A program made the translations under genes and the position numbers. The notes below the pieces were generated by a model, which was not told the DNA's origin, did not search any database, and saw only the letters and a program-made list of their open reading frames with translations. A DNA stretch of 64,000 bases from Octopus sinensis (lineage: Eukaryota), in assembly GCF_006345805.1 (NCBI RefSeq), contig NC_043002.1, positions 75,454,001 through 75,518,000 of the forward strand. The letters are read 5' to 3'. How positions within the stretch are numbered: position 1 is the stretch's first letter; the number at the start of each line of letters is the position of its first letter. Positions 63,268-64,000 of this stretch are shown here, one piece after another.

Positions 63268-63770
63268 CAATGATCCTCAACCATTTTTTACTTATGGACC
63301 CTTGAAATTAGCATTTTACTCTTGTAGACCTGTATAGCCATTTGATGTTTAAAAACTAGTTTTATAGATACCATCTTCATCATTTAACGTCCATTGTCCA
63401 TGCTGGCATGGGTTGGACAGTTTGACCAGGGCTGGCAATCTGGACGCCCTTCCTAACGCTAACCACTCCAAGAGTGTTATGGGTGCTTTATGTGCCACAA
63501 GCGTGGGTGCCATTTATCACGACTACTTCTTTCAAAATTCCTATTTTGTTTTTCATACATTCTCTTCTGTAGGTTTTCCATAGCACTCTCTAAGAGAACA
63601 TGTTTCAGTGGCTGGAAACTCATTGATCTATGTAAAACATTAAAGAAAGAAACCTAGTTGATCCCTTAAAATACTGCTGTGGATCTGTTATTTATTATTT
63701 TATCTCTGTGGATGCCCCAAATTTTTTATGGAACCCCAAAGGGTTATGTGGACGCTGGTTCAGATCACTG
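63268..63770 (+). mobile_element. hAT (Charlie-like) MITE with a nested LINE-tail SINE at about 63378-63525
   Basis: Perfect 8-bp TSD ATTTAAAG (63260-63267 and 63771-63778). Termini CAATGATCCTCAACC and GGTTCAGATCACTG. Confidence 0.88.
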
Positions 63771-64000
63771 ATTTAAAGCAGGTCACTAGGCAGAAAGTAT
63801 ATGATTGTTGTTGAAGGCCGAAATCAGATGTTTGTCATTGAGGAACAAAACTATGATACCGTGTGTTAATTTGAATGTTCAGTTTATAAAAGTTGGTGTG
63901 GATTTAGTGTATGGGAAAAGAAGCCATAACTTTACTTGCAATAGGGGGTTTCTAGATTGATCACTTATGTAATTGTTCAATCTGAACATTTTGCTTGTGT

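Noticed and set aside
63540-63580. Strong 3' splice-site-like tract (CTTCTGTAG)
   Set aside because: Inside the hAT MITE, with no convincing donor.

Overview
This is AT-rich eukaryotic DNA, dense in microsatellites and repeats. From memory, its SINE, MITE and LINE content looks like an octopus or other coleoid cephalopod genome; that assignment is not verified. I could not support any host protein-coding exon, and nearly all of the supplied ORFs are microsatellite or SINE read-throughs. The window behaves like a long intron or intergenic tract. It holds one near-full-length but frameshifted RTE-clade LINE (minus strand, about 42.8-46.6 kb, possibly extending to 47.7 kb), a decayed DD37D (maT) Tc1/mariner element, mariner, hAT, pogo and piggyBac-type remnants or MITEs, a non-autonomous Helitron, a Helentron/DINE-like element, a BovB-like RTE 3' fragment, and dozens of tRNA-derived SINEs, many ending in the same 3' tail as the LINE. 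The most unusual region is 26.2-28.3 kb. There, about 208-bp inverted repeats each carry a Penelope-type hammerhead ribozyme core and bracket a candidate 100-nt exon. About 320 nt further on lies a textbook recursive-splice site (polypyrimidine tract, TAG|GTAAGT) followed by a 64-nt cryptic exon and a second GTAAGT. Other notable structures are a 120-bp-arm foldback element, a PHD finger inside the LINE ORF, and near-identical 397-bp direct repeats at the LINE 5' side. All coordinates were read by eye, and element boundaries are approximate unless TSDs or termini are given.
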